Source of the DNA: Lingula anatina
Taxonomy: Eukaryota; Animalia; Brachiopoda
Assembly (NCBI GenBank): GCA_051362555.1
Contig: CM120640.1
Span: forward strand, 868,001 to 932,000
Length of the DNA: 64,000 nt
Reading direction: 5' to 3'
Part shown: piece by piece, positions 35,801 through 45,104 of the stretch
Position numbering within the stretch: the first letter of the stretch is position 1
Layout: each line of letters opens with the position of its first letter
Program-made: the position numbers and the translations under genes
Notes under the pieces: generated by a model
Told to the model about the DNA's origin: nothing
Database searches by the model: none
Seen by the model: the letters and a program-made list of their open reading frames with translations, nothing else

Positions 35801-36337
35801 TTGCTCTTTCAGTGTCCAACTTGAGTTTCTCCCTTTGTTGTTTCAATTTCAATTCCTGTTCGTCCAAATGTTTCTTCACTTCAAAAGATGCCAATTCTGC
35901 CTCAATGGCCATCCGTTTTGCCTTCGCTTTCAAGCGAGCTTCAGTTGAGCTCGTGCTCAAACTGCTAAATAAGCTGGCCGTTTCTATGTCTTCTATTTTT
36001 TGTTGCACGTCCATTTTGACCTTTGACCTTTAGATCTCTCGAGTTTCACTGTTGCGGGTGTCAGTCCAATTTTATTCAATTGTCAACGATATATAACATC
36101 AACTGGTAACAAATGGTACTGTTTATTGTCTAACATCAACTTATGTCAACTTACATCAACTTTCATAAACTTTCAACTGGAAACAACTGGTAACAACTTT
36201 CATCTGAATCAACGTGAAACTCGTTGCGAGAATCTGACTTGTCTAACAAACACGTGCCCGCAAAAACTAAATACTATCAACACCGATACTACAATTAAGG
36301 TCAAGACACTACTAAAAATAGCTACTTGTCAGTTACA
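29890..36337 (-). mobile_element. BEL/Pao LTR retrotransposon (inner, intact, antisense to host element)
   Basis: 288-bp LTRs 29890-30177 and 36050-36337, identical by eye; TSD GATGT (29885-29889, 36338-36342); single uninterrupted 1777-aa ORF. Confidence 0.97.
30681..36014 (-). CDS. Gag-Pol polyprotein of the inner BEL/Pao element
   Basis: Three Cys/His knuckles (CIKC..H..C; CYNC..H..C; CSVQGC..H..LH), protease ALLDSGS, RT WYLPHH/RVVFD/FYVDD, RNase H HHFSDAS..TIPRLEL..FWTDS, integrase GVDYFGP..SDNGTNF..GGVWE, C-terminal RWRQVQ..FW.RW.KEYL. Confidence 0.97.
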   Translation of the reverse strand: MDVQQKIEDIETASLFSSLSTSSTEARLKAKAKRMAIEAELASFEVKKHLDEQELKLKQQREKLKLDTERAKLLAEETAYAEAEMETSAPISSTKLDIQVNSTNLTQNQSSHDVIHHLVNSIQIPKVEIDKFDGDPLQYWNFIKTFENSVEKETVDSGARLIRLLHYTSGKAHGVIQCCAVMNPEDGYKKAKALLKERFGSAYTITETWVKKITTGPAIKANDVTKLRDYADELRTCAETLEAMGNSSELSTQSSLVKIIERLPGYLQHKWKQEVRKIRKEERCPDIKDVTAFVVENAEIANDPVYGGLAHVKRSDSRSDSQRRPNNRWSYSITATSSQPNGDTSSQPYGDTRKSIQSPCIKCGSSHSLFGCTEFKAMKLPERLKFANDNKLCYNCLKPGHFSEMCRLQRTCSVQGCNQKHTKFLHQVKPTVTREPVHEDLSHIQTGLNTSLSAVNEVSYGAHGTRKESGMRIALPIVPVKVKVPGKSQFVHTYALLDSGSTSTFCSEELKQSIGAQGENTVLKLTTLEKEQSVSETVVISLQISDLEDKNVIDLPVVYTRPSLPVNMENMGRAEDIRKWSHLQDVNFPEIDHMNAKVSIIIGQDNPEVLMPIDVKRGQSPNEPYATKTVLGWTLNGPLGGKRRHVATATFIQADRELNEQLEQFWKIEGHGTLISDKKGLSVEDKRVLALWEDKIQHDEHYSLPIPFKDRQPHFPPNKQMAEQRLDSLKRKLSHDPNLHQAYTEFMEDLIDKGYAEQVSPDEVDKEDGSVWYLPHHNVVNLKKPDKVRVVFDCKASQQGVSLNSQVLQGPDIVNSLLGVLLRFRQHPIAIMSDIEAMYHQVKVPEVQRDSLRFLWWPKGDLEGEQKVYRMTVHLFGGKWSPSCCNFALQRTAEDNKGHYDTEVVNTVLQNFYVDDCLKSVMSETEAITMVSQLQSLLQTGGFHLTKWISNSREVLSKIPDKDKAKPIKNLDLNLQALPTERALGVCWDIEVDSFTYKMDLEKKPLTKRGLLSVISSIYDPLGFISPFTISAKKMLQDLTRDKIGWDETVPYKTQVEWSSWKNSLPKMKEMKIPRCVQPVQPENIASIQLHHFSDASTMAYGVVSYLRVQDISGQIHTSLLMSKARLAPIKQLTIPRLELTAATMAVRLDYMIRQELTFPVDSSMFWTDSTCTLSYIRSEDKRFQTYVENRVSVIREGSIPSQWHYIDSKRNPADDCTRGLTAHEMVNSIRWIEGPEFLKQSECHWPETPDIKGVSDEDKELKRPKTCLAQRSESVQESVIDKILKRRSSWKKLKKDVAVILRFKQWLIARHRKEKVNVPTGPLSVEETEKAELEILRYIQGQHFGKELSEINRAANSQSGVKRASKLFRLAPVMHSSGVLVVGGRLNNSAISEGIKNPVILPQHHVVDLIIDEQHKALGHSGREYVLSELRQKYWIIGARKSIRRVISKCVKCKRNNALPCQQRMADLPAARVTPNEPCFTYVGVDYFGPFLIKRGRSEVKRYGCLFSCLASRAVHIEIAQSLDTSSFINALQRFISRRGKPKKIFSDNGTNFVGAERELKAAVTEWNQSKIHDYLHQNHIDWHFNPPSASHMGGVWERSIRTVRKVLRGVVTEQVLDDENLVTLMCIVEAIVNGRPLTPVSSDPNDLEALTPNHLLLLRSGSVLPPGDFDKTDTYSKRRWRQVQYLANIFWCRWIKEYLPTLQSRQKWLEPKRNLNIGDIVLVIDEDVPRNVWPIARVINTYPGKDGLVRTVQIKTRNSILMRPIHKLCLLEEAQ

Positions 36338-36342
36338 GATGT

Positions 36343-39300
36343 CTTGGTGTTGGACATTTTGGAAACAACTGCCCTCGATCCAGAATTTGTGGAATCAACA
36401 ATTGCCGATCTTATCACCACAGACTACTTCATGCAGATTCTCAACAGGAGAAAAATGACCAGACCAGATCCCAAACAAAGAACCACGAACAAAGGAACCA
36501 AGAAACTTCACCAAAGTCCCCTCAGGAGAGAACCCTTACCTCTGTATCAAAGGAACAAAGAACCGAACCAGAGACGTTAGCTATGAGAACGGTAGCAGTT
36601 ATCCTGAAGAATAATGACAGGAGCATCAAGGTGAATGCGTTATTGGATGAAGCCAGCACCAGATCCTATCTAAAAAGTAATGTTGCTGCCGAATTGAGGC
36701 TGTCAGGAGAATATGAGGAAATTAATGTTACCACTCTGAATGGGAGAGAAAACAAGCTGAAGACGACGTGTGTGGAATTCACGATTTGTTCCGTTGATGG
36801 AAGAATAGAACGATCAGCAGCAGCATGTACCATTGAACAAGTGACGGGAGATTTACAAGTGGTGAACTGGAACCAGTACAAAAGACAGTGGCCTCATTTG
36901 CAGAACTTGAACTTCCCAGAGATAGGACCACGGCCAAAAGTGGATCTACTGATAGGTTTAGACCAAGTTGACCTAATGTTTTCAGAAGAAGACGTCAGAG
37001 GTGAGCCAGGGGAACCAATTGCCCGCAAAACTCCACTAGGGTGGACCTGTATTGCAGCCGCACAGAAGAACACTAGCAGACCGAACACTGGTTTTACTTT
37101 ATATGTAAACCAACAAGTACAAGAACAAGAAGGTTTAGATCACCTCCCTCGACGCTACTGGGACATTGAAGAGTTTGGTATATCAGCACCACACGTGAAA
37201 CCAGATGAGAAGCGTTAAAAATGGCAGAGTCTTCAATCATCAAGGAAGATGGACGGTACTCCATTGGGATTCCATGGAAGCAGAACCGTGCACAACTGGG
37301 GGATAACTATACCATGGCCAAGAAAAGGCTACAGAACACCGAAAAGAGATTGAACAAGGACCCAGAACTAAAGAAGGCGTATCAAAATATCCTCAGTGGT
37401 TATGAAGAAAAACAATACATAAGAAAAGTCACAGATGAAGATGAACAGCAAAATAAACAAAGATGGTTCCTGCCTCATTTCCCAGTATTACGACCTGATA
37501 AACCCACCACAAAAACCAGAATTGTATTTGATGCATCCGCAAAGAACCAAGACCTATGCCTCAATGATGTAATACATCCTGGGCCAAAATTACAAAATGA
37601 ACTATTTTCAGTTTTGCTTAGATTTCGACAGAATCCAGTGGGGATTATTTGCGACATTTCAGAGATGTATTTACAAATTAAACTTAAAGAAGAGGACAGC
37701 GCTTTCCATAGATTCCTATGGCGAACAGATCAAGAACAAGAACCTGACATCTATGAGTGGACAAGAATTGTATTTGGAATAAACGCATCACCATTTCTTG
37801 CACAATTTGTATCTAGGACCAATGCCCAGAACTATGAACAAGAATTGCCGTTAGCTGCGGACACGGTCATTAACAGTACCTACATGGACGACAGTATAGA
37901 TTCTGTAACAGATATACAGACAGGGATTGAATTAGTCAGCCAGTTAAGAACCCTGTGGCAGAGAGCTGGTATGCATCCCAGAAAGTGGTTGTCAAATGAA
38001 CCAGAAGTATTACAGCATGTTCCAGCAGAAGATTGTGTGGCTGAAGTTGATTTGGATGTGGGAACACTGCCATCAGTGAAGACGTTAGGACTTTTGTGGT
38101 CAGCAAAAGAGGACATATTTTGTTATCAAGTAAATCAAGAAGATGAACAAGAGAACATTAAGCTCACCAAACGGATGTTTTTGAGCAAAACTGCTGCACT
38201 CTTTGACCCACTGGGCTTTCTACAGCCTTATACAATCAGAGCCAAAGTCTTATTCCAAGAGGTGTGGATTTCAGGTGTTGATTGGGACGAAGAACTCTTG
38301 CTACAACAGCAGAAGAAGGCCAAGGAGTGGTTCAGGGAACTCAAAGAATTGTCACGTATTGAGATACCTCGATGTCTCCGAGAAAAGAAGGAACTTTCTG
38401 ATTCATCACTGCACACGTTTACAGATGCCTCCAAAGATGCATATGGAGCTGCAGTATATATCAGACATGTGTATGAAGATGATACAGTATCAAGTCAACT
38501 GGTAGCTTCAAAAACCAAAGTGGCACCTCTGAAAGCAGTCAGCATTCCGAGGCTGGAACTCATGGCAGCAGTGATTGGATTTCGCCTCAGTGAAGAAATC
38601 GGAAACTGCATGAACATCGACCAGGCAGATCGCCATTTTTGGACCGACAGCATGGATGTGCTGTATTGGATTCATGGACAGAGCAAGCTGTTCAAACCTT
38701 TCATCGCTCACAGAGTTGGGGAGATCTAGCAGAAAACTGCTCCAACACAGTGGCGTCACGTAACTAGTAAAATGAACCCAGCAGACCTGCTGACACGCGG
38801 ACTCAGCGTTGTTGCACTGACGAATGAAGAAAAGTGGTGGAAGGGTCCACGATTCTTGTCAGAGAAGCCACAGAGCTGGCCTTAAAAATTTGTGGTAAAG
38901 ACTGATGAAAGAGAGGCCAGAAGTGAACACAGAACACAAAAATCATCGAGTGCCACATATATTACGCATGTCGAGGCTGAAGGTGACAGACTGTCATCAA
39001 AATGTTATTCCAGCTGGACCAGACTACTCCGAGTAACGGCTTGGGTCTTGAGATTTGTTGAAAATTGTAGACTACCAAAGTTGCTGCAGCATAGAAATGC
39101 ATTGGAACCTGATGAATTAGCCACAGCAGAGATATTTCACATCAGAAACGCCCAGAAAGAAGAATTCCGGGATGAGATCTTGGCATTGAAGCAAAACAGA
39201 GAGATAAAGAGCAATTCAAAGATACTTGCTTTGCTCCCATTCTTGGATGAAGATGGGCTAGTTTGATCAAATGGACGTTTGAGGTGGTCAAGTAGTGTCC

Positions 39301-40454
39301 CTTGGGAGATGCGACACCCAGTAATTCTTCCACGAAATCAGTGGACAACAAAACTCATAGTAAAGCACCATCATGTTCAAGCTCTCCATGGTGGAACAAA
39401 CTTCGTTCTAGCACAGATGTCCAAAAGATATTGGATAATTTCAGCCCGTGAAGTAATCCGATCCATTGAACAAGATTGCAGCTTTTGTAAGCGAAGAAAA
39501 GCAACTCCAGCAGAACAAGTAATGGCACCTTTACCCAAGATGAGAACTAGGGTGACTCTACGTGCTTTTAACCAGACATCAGTAGACTTCGCGGGACCGT
39601 TTATAGTAAAACAGGGACGAGGAAAGGCCAGGATCAAGAGATACTTGTGTTTATTTACCTGCCTTGGAACACGTGCTGTTCACCTTGAAGTTGCCTTTGG
39701 TCTTGATTCAGATTCGTTTCTGAATGCTCTCTTCCGCATGACGTCACGGAGGGGAGTGCCGGAGGTTATGTACTCGGATAATGGAACAAACTTTGTTGGG
39801 GCAAACAAAGAACTCCAAGAATTATTAGACCTGCAACCAGAGAAAATCAAGGAGAAGACTTCTTCTAAAGGAATACGCTGGCACTTCAATCCTCCAGCAG
39901 CACCACATTTTAATGGGGTTCATGAAGTGATGGTTCGTGCAGCGAAAAGAGCCATTAATGCAACCCTTGGGAATGCCGAAGTAAATGATGAAGAACTTGT
40001 TAGTGCTGTTGTGGGTGCTGAAGGACTTATTAACAGTCGACCGCTGACTTATCAGTCATCAAGTTTTCAAGATTTAGAACCGCTGACGCCTAATCATTTC
40101 TTACATGGGCAGATTGGTGGACAATTTGCTCCAGAAGAAATAGATGAAATTGCATTCAATCCAAGGAAACGTTGGCGTCGGGTACAGGAAGTAGTCCACA
40201 GCTTCTGGAAACGGTGGCTCAAAGAATGGTTACCCAGTTTAAATGCACGGAAAAAGTGGCATAAACAGAAGAAGAATTTGGAAAACGGACAAGTTGTTCT
40301 GGTCATGTGCAACGACACTCCACGCGGAAAATGGCCACTAGGGAGAATTTCACAGGTGTACCCAGGAGCTGATGGATGTGTTCGTGTTGCAGATGTGACT
40401 GTGGATGGAAAGACGTATAAGAGACCTGTTGTGAACTTGTGTCCATTGGATTAA
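36343..40454 (+). pseudogene. Remainder of outer BEL/Pao gag-pol (PR, RT, RNase H, IN) with a frameshift and nonsense codons
   Basis: ALLDEAS, WFLPHF, TYMDD, HTFTDAS, SVDFAGP, SDNGTNF. Frameshift near 37216-37221; in-frame stops at 38727-38729, ~38883-38885 and 39264-39266. Confidence 0.92.
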
Positions 40455-41149
40455 AAACTTTGTTTTTTAAACTAGATTTTAGCCACGTAGACATTGGAAG
40501 AGACTTTGATTACTGATATCACACTAATGACTTTAGAGTTTTTAAATCAAGAAACTTAGAAATTGGACTTGATGGAGAAAGTCAAAGTGACGCAAAAGAC
40601 TTTGAAATCTTTGACTTTGACGAGCATGTGCTATTTGTTTAATAGTTTTATGTTATTATTTATATATAGCTGTAGTTTTTGATATATATTATTATATCAA
40701 GGAGGGGAGAAATGTTCTAGAGAAAAGCACTTAAAATTTTTACCCTTGCACACTAAAAGCATTTTGAAAGACATTTCCCACTCAGTGACAGTTAAAGTGA
40801 AACACCTGTTGTTACAAGTACCTTTTTAATGCATTGTATTGTGGAAATAAAATAGAACTATCATAGAACAAAAGAGGAACACTTGTGCTTTAATTTTTAT
40901 TGCACTGGAGGATTAATCCAGAACATGGTTGGTCTTGGTTTTAGGTTTCCCCATATTGCACACCATCTTGAGTTGATGGGCTACAGAAGGGTCGACCTAC
41001 CGGTAGATGCTTTAAGACCTGATACAAATAGGCCTTCTCGCAAAAATGAGATCATGTTTTATACCATTTTAGTTATCTTTTCTCTCTCTCAATTAAAGTG
41101 GTCACGTGTGCCTCAGATGCCGTAAGCGTGCGCACGCTCCCGTTGACAG

Positions 41150-41257
41150 TAAAAAGTCCTGTCTTGCGTTATCAGCTACAGCGAGTGCGTTTGACACTTT
41201 GTTGGACATACACCAGTGCGGTGCATCTTTTCCCACCGTGTGGTTTCACCAGATAAG
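41150..41257 (+). promoter_or_regulatory. Putative core promoter and non-coding exon 1 of peptide gene A
   Basis: GCGAGTGCGTTTGACACTTTGTTGGACA..GGTGCATCTTTT..GTGGTTT..CCAGATAAG|GTAAATAT, donor at 41258. Homologous to the minus-strand first exons ending at 55002, 58002 and 60994. Confidence 0.65.
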
Positions 41258-42531
41258 GTAAATATCCTAGGCAGAAAAAGAGATGTAAGCTTTTTGTATG
41301 TATAGCTTTAATATAGGCCTACTTTTTCATAAATGGCAATGTATTGTTCAGTAACAGGAACACATTCATACATGGATGTCATACACATTCAGGCTAAAAG
41401 CGTGTAACATGTCTAGGAGCTAAATGCGTTGAAAAAATGAGACAAAACAGGCCCTTAGAAATGTGTTTAGAAGTTAAACACTGTTTTTATAATGTATGAA
41501 AGCAACTTGAGGGGATGATATACATGTACATTTGCTTCTTTTGCAACATGTCGATGTTTTGTAAAGAAAAGTATAACGCTTGGACAGGGATAAACTTTTT
41601 CGGACATTTTCTGTGGAACAAACGTTACATACGTTTTAGCCGTGACAGAAAGCTCCCCTGTGTTACAGTTCATATATTTATAAAGACATCCTTACGTCAG
41701 CGTGTGTTTGTGTTTTAGTTTGACCTTATTGAAATGGCATGTAATATTGTGATGGATTTTTATGAACAATTTTAGTAATTATGTACCTTGCAAACGTCCT
41801 CTCATTAAGCCTTGGCAGTAATTCTTATGATGGTACAGTGTAAGCCAGCTTAGAGCTGTGCAATGAAAGATAAATTCTTAGTGGACAGTAGAGAAAAATG
41901 TATAGAATTAGTCAGCTAAATGTATGTGGATATCTACATGTAGTTGTGCCTTTATTCGCCGGACCCACACACCAAAAGCATATTTAGGCAGATATTTCTC
42001 TGAAAAAAAAAATAATGCGTCACGCTTTAATAGCGCCTGACGTGATCACATGTTAAGCCTTTCAATGTTGTTATTTTACTGCTTGAAATAAATTTTAAAA
42101 ATGTTCCTGTATTTTTGATGTTGTAATTATACCACTTGAATAAAAATTGTTTCTGTCCTTTTGATGTTGTGAATTTTACCGCTTGAATTAAAACATTGTT
42201 TCTGTCCTTCCATACGTTGTTTTTAATGACTCCAGATGACAACCCTGCCATTTTAACTTTTGCAAAATAGCATTCATTATTTATGTACGTGATGGAGATG
42301 CAGCATTCAATGCTGGTAGCTTTGAAAACAAACTAGTCATATACTTTATATGACTTTGTCTTTTTATTTTGGTTAAAAAAATAAATGTTGCATACGTGAT
42401 ATAAGCCAGTTATTCAGCGCCGGTGGTGTTAGTACAACATAGTAAAAAAAATACAAAAGAAAATTGTGGTAAATTAAAATGGTAACAATTTAAAAAAAAT
42501 CCAGGATAAAGTTATAGGACGGGAATACAGC

Positions 42532-42566
<35 letters not shown>

Positions 42567-42812
42567 TCTTTGTCAGCATAAAGACCAACGAAGAAGTGTT
42601 AGAACTGCCTAGAGTACAACGCTCACTGACGAAAACACTCAGAAAAAGACAAATTAAATTTCAGGGCCATACCATCAGAAAAGACGGAATAGAAAAACTT
42701 GTACTCTGCGGGAAAATTGACGCCATTTGTTTTTTCTCTCTTTTTATTTTGTTCTGTTGAGCTTAATTCCGAATACAACTGCACTATACGTTTCTGTATT
42801 TCAGGGACGGCA

Positions 42813-43007
42813 ATGCAGATATTTACCCGTCCTGGCTGGGGGGCCGTAGTGTTTACAGTATTCCTACTGTGCACCTTCGCTGTTGGAGGCTACTCGTGCA
42901 TCTTTAATCCGCTGACCTCCAGATGCCTTGCAAGCACTTGTCGAACTGGATACCAGTGTCTTTTAACTGGGGGATATGTGTGTGGCTGTGTTGAAATAAC
43001 TGGCTGA
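42813..43007 (+). CDS. Small secreted cysteine-rich peptide A (64 aa)
   Basis: MQIFTRPGWGAVVFTVFLLCTFAVGG-YSCIFNPLTSRCLASTCRTGYQCLLTGGYVCGCVEITG; hydrophobic signal peptide, 6 Cys; acceptor TATTTCAG ending at 42804; AATAAA ~43083. Confidence 0.85.
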   Translation: MQIFTRPGWGAVVFTVFLLCTFAVGGYSCIFNPLTSRCLASTCRTGYQCLLTGGYVCGCVEITG

Positions 43008-43469
43008 CTGAATACCAGAATCTATTTCTGTTGACTTGACAATCTTTCGAACTATGGAGGGTGCTTCAGTGTATGAAGTTGCAATAAAATTAAATTGGCA
43101 CCACGTTCTTTGTGTTTGTATGTGTGTGAATATGTGTGTTTGTTGAAATGACAACAGTTTTCACTAATCCTTGATACTTTCAATAAAAACAAATTCAACT
43201 TCTAAAAATAAATTATTTTTGGCCCTAACTGTAGGCCTGATAATGAAGATAATATTCTATTGGTAACTGCATGCTGTACATATCTTAGGATAAGGAAGCT
43301 GACACATCGTTACTGGAAAACATAATATATTTTCTGCGTGATACCTATATTCGTGTTTGATTAAGAAGAAAGTTAAGTCATTCTATAACTGTGGTTTCGG
43401 CTGTGGCTGACGGTTATAAAGTTGTCAGCTGCCAAGTTCATCCTAGACATGCTCAATGGGTGACATGTC

Positions 43470-44908
43470 TGGTTTAAACGCTGGCCACGGAAGAGTCTGG
43501 ATCTGTTCCTGTATAGTGCAAAGGATCTATGGGACAATATCGCTCTTGTCACACAGTATAAAGGGTCCAGACGTGCCGTTGATACAGAGGACTCCACACT
43601 CCCTAACAAGTTGAATGAGTTTTATTCTCGTTTTGATAGGACCAACCACACTCAGGTCCACACACCAACCCTAGGGGAGCGCGTGCCGCCATTTAGCCTA
43701 CTATTCAATCATGGCAAGTCAAGTGTTATTTCTCGGCTTTAAACACCAGGAAAGCTCCAGGCCCTGACGGTATAACATCACGACTTTTAAAGGAATGCGC
43801 AGCCCAGCTTTCAGATGTGTTCGCGGAAATATTCAACTGGTCAATTGAAATGTGCAGAGTGCCTGAAATATGGAGGACAGCAACCATCATACCTGTGCCA
43901 AAAAGTAAAACTGTAGAGAATTTAAATGATCTCCGTCCTGTTGCTTTGACACCGGTGCCTATGAAGATATTCGAAAAACTTGTTTTGTCTTTTATTAAAA
44001 CTTAAGTACCAAATAGCTTTGATCCACTCCAATTTGCCTACCGCAGTAACAGAAGTGTAGACGATGCTCTTTCTATGTGTTTACACAAAGTTCTCGAACA
44101 TCTCGATTGTAAAAATGCCTATGTTAGAATTTTATTTGTTGACTATAGCTCAGCATTTAATACTATTGTACCAAGCAAATTGTATTTTAAACTTTTGGAT
44201 GATCTTAATTTTCCACCAGCACTCTGCGATTGGATTTTAGATTTTCTTTTAAACAGAAAACAGTCAGTAAAAGTCGGTTTTAACTTCTCGGACACTATAG
44301 TTTTAAACACTTGCACACCCCAGGGCTGCGTCTCATCACCTTGTTTATATACGTTATTCACCCACGACTGTGTGGCGAGGGAGGAAAATACATTTTTAAG
44401 GAAGTTTGCCGATGACACAACTTTAGTCGGCTTGATACACCATAATGATGAGATGTCATACAGGCAGTCGGTTACAAGTTTAGTAAATTGGTGCACAGAC
44501 AATGACTTGATATTAAATGTGAGCAAAACAAAAGAAATGGTCATAGACTTCAGAAGAAATCAGATAAGTAAAAATCCCTTGGAAGTTAACGGTAAAGCGG
44601 TCGAACAGGTTTCTAATTATAAATTACTAGGGGTTCAGCTGAATAATAGGTTAACCTGGGGCGATAACATCACGAAGCTATTGAAAAAGGCACGTCAACG
44701 AATGTATTTTTTTACGGAAATTGAAAGCTTTTACCAGAAATGTGTTTATTTTAACGAACTTTTACAGGTGTGATTTAGAGAGTATTTTAACTTATTCAGT
44801 AACTGTTTGGTATGGACATGCAACTGTGGAGGAGAGGAACAAGTTGGAAAAGATCGTCGAAACTGCAGGGATTGTAATTGGAACAGATCTAACTCCCGTC
44901 AATACTTT
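43470..44908 (+). mobile_element. Rex1/Babar-like LINE, 5'-truncated and degenerate (5' part)
   Basis: LPNKLNEFYSRFD, KAPGPDG, NDLRPVALTPVPMKIFEKLV, DPLQFAYRSNRSVDDA, YVRILFVDYSSAFNTI, KFADDTT, LNVSKTKEMVIDFRR; stops and frameshifts; resumes at 50905. The 5' boundary is approximate. Confidence 0.88.
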
Positions 44909-45104
44909 TTTTTTTTTTTTTTTTTATTCACGAAAATTAATACAAGACATGTACAACACAATAAGAGACAAATACACCTTCCACACACCATTCACACACT
45001 ACAAACGAAGTTCTTACAAATGTTGATTAAAATTACATGTAGAATTTTTTTTTTAAATAAAAGAATCTTATTAGGCCTAGTCTACAACAAATGTTCTTTT
45101 TTAT

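Larger units (their letters stand above)
27938..40925 (+). mobile_element. BEL/Pao LTR retrotransposon (outer, defective, interrupted)
   Basis: 213-bp LTRs 27938-28150 and 40713-40925 (TG...CA, identical by eye); TSD TGGTT; PBS TGGTAGCAGAG 28156-28166 (complementary to the initiator tRNA-Met 3' end); PPT GGAGGGGAGAA 40701-40711; domain order gag-PR-RT-RNaseH-IN. Confidence 0.97.

Noticed and set aside
42699-42812. N-terminal extensions of peptide ORFs in the ORF track (also 60032-60082)
   Set aside because: They start at non-ATG or intronic codons upstream of clear splice acceptors; paralogues support the downstream ATG.
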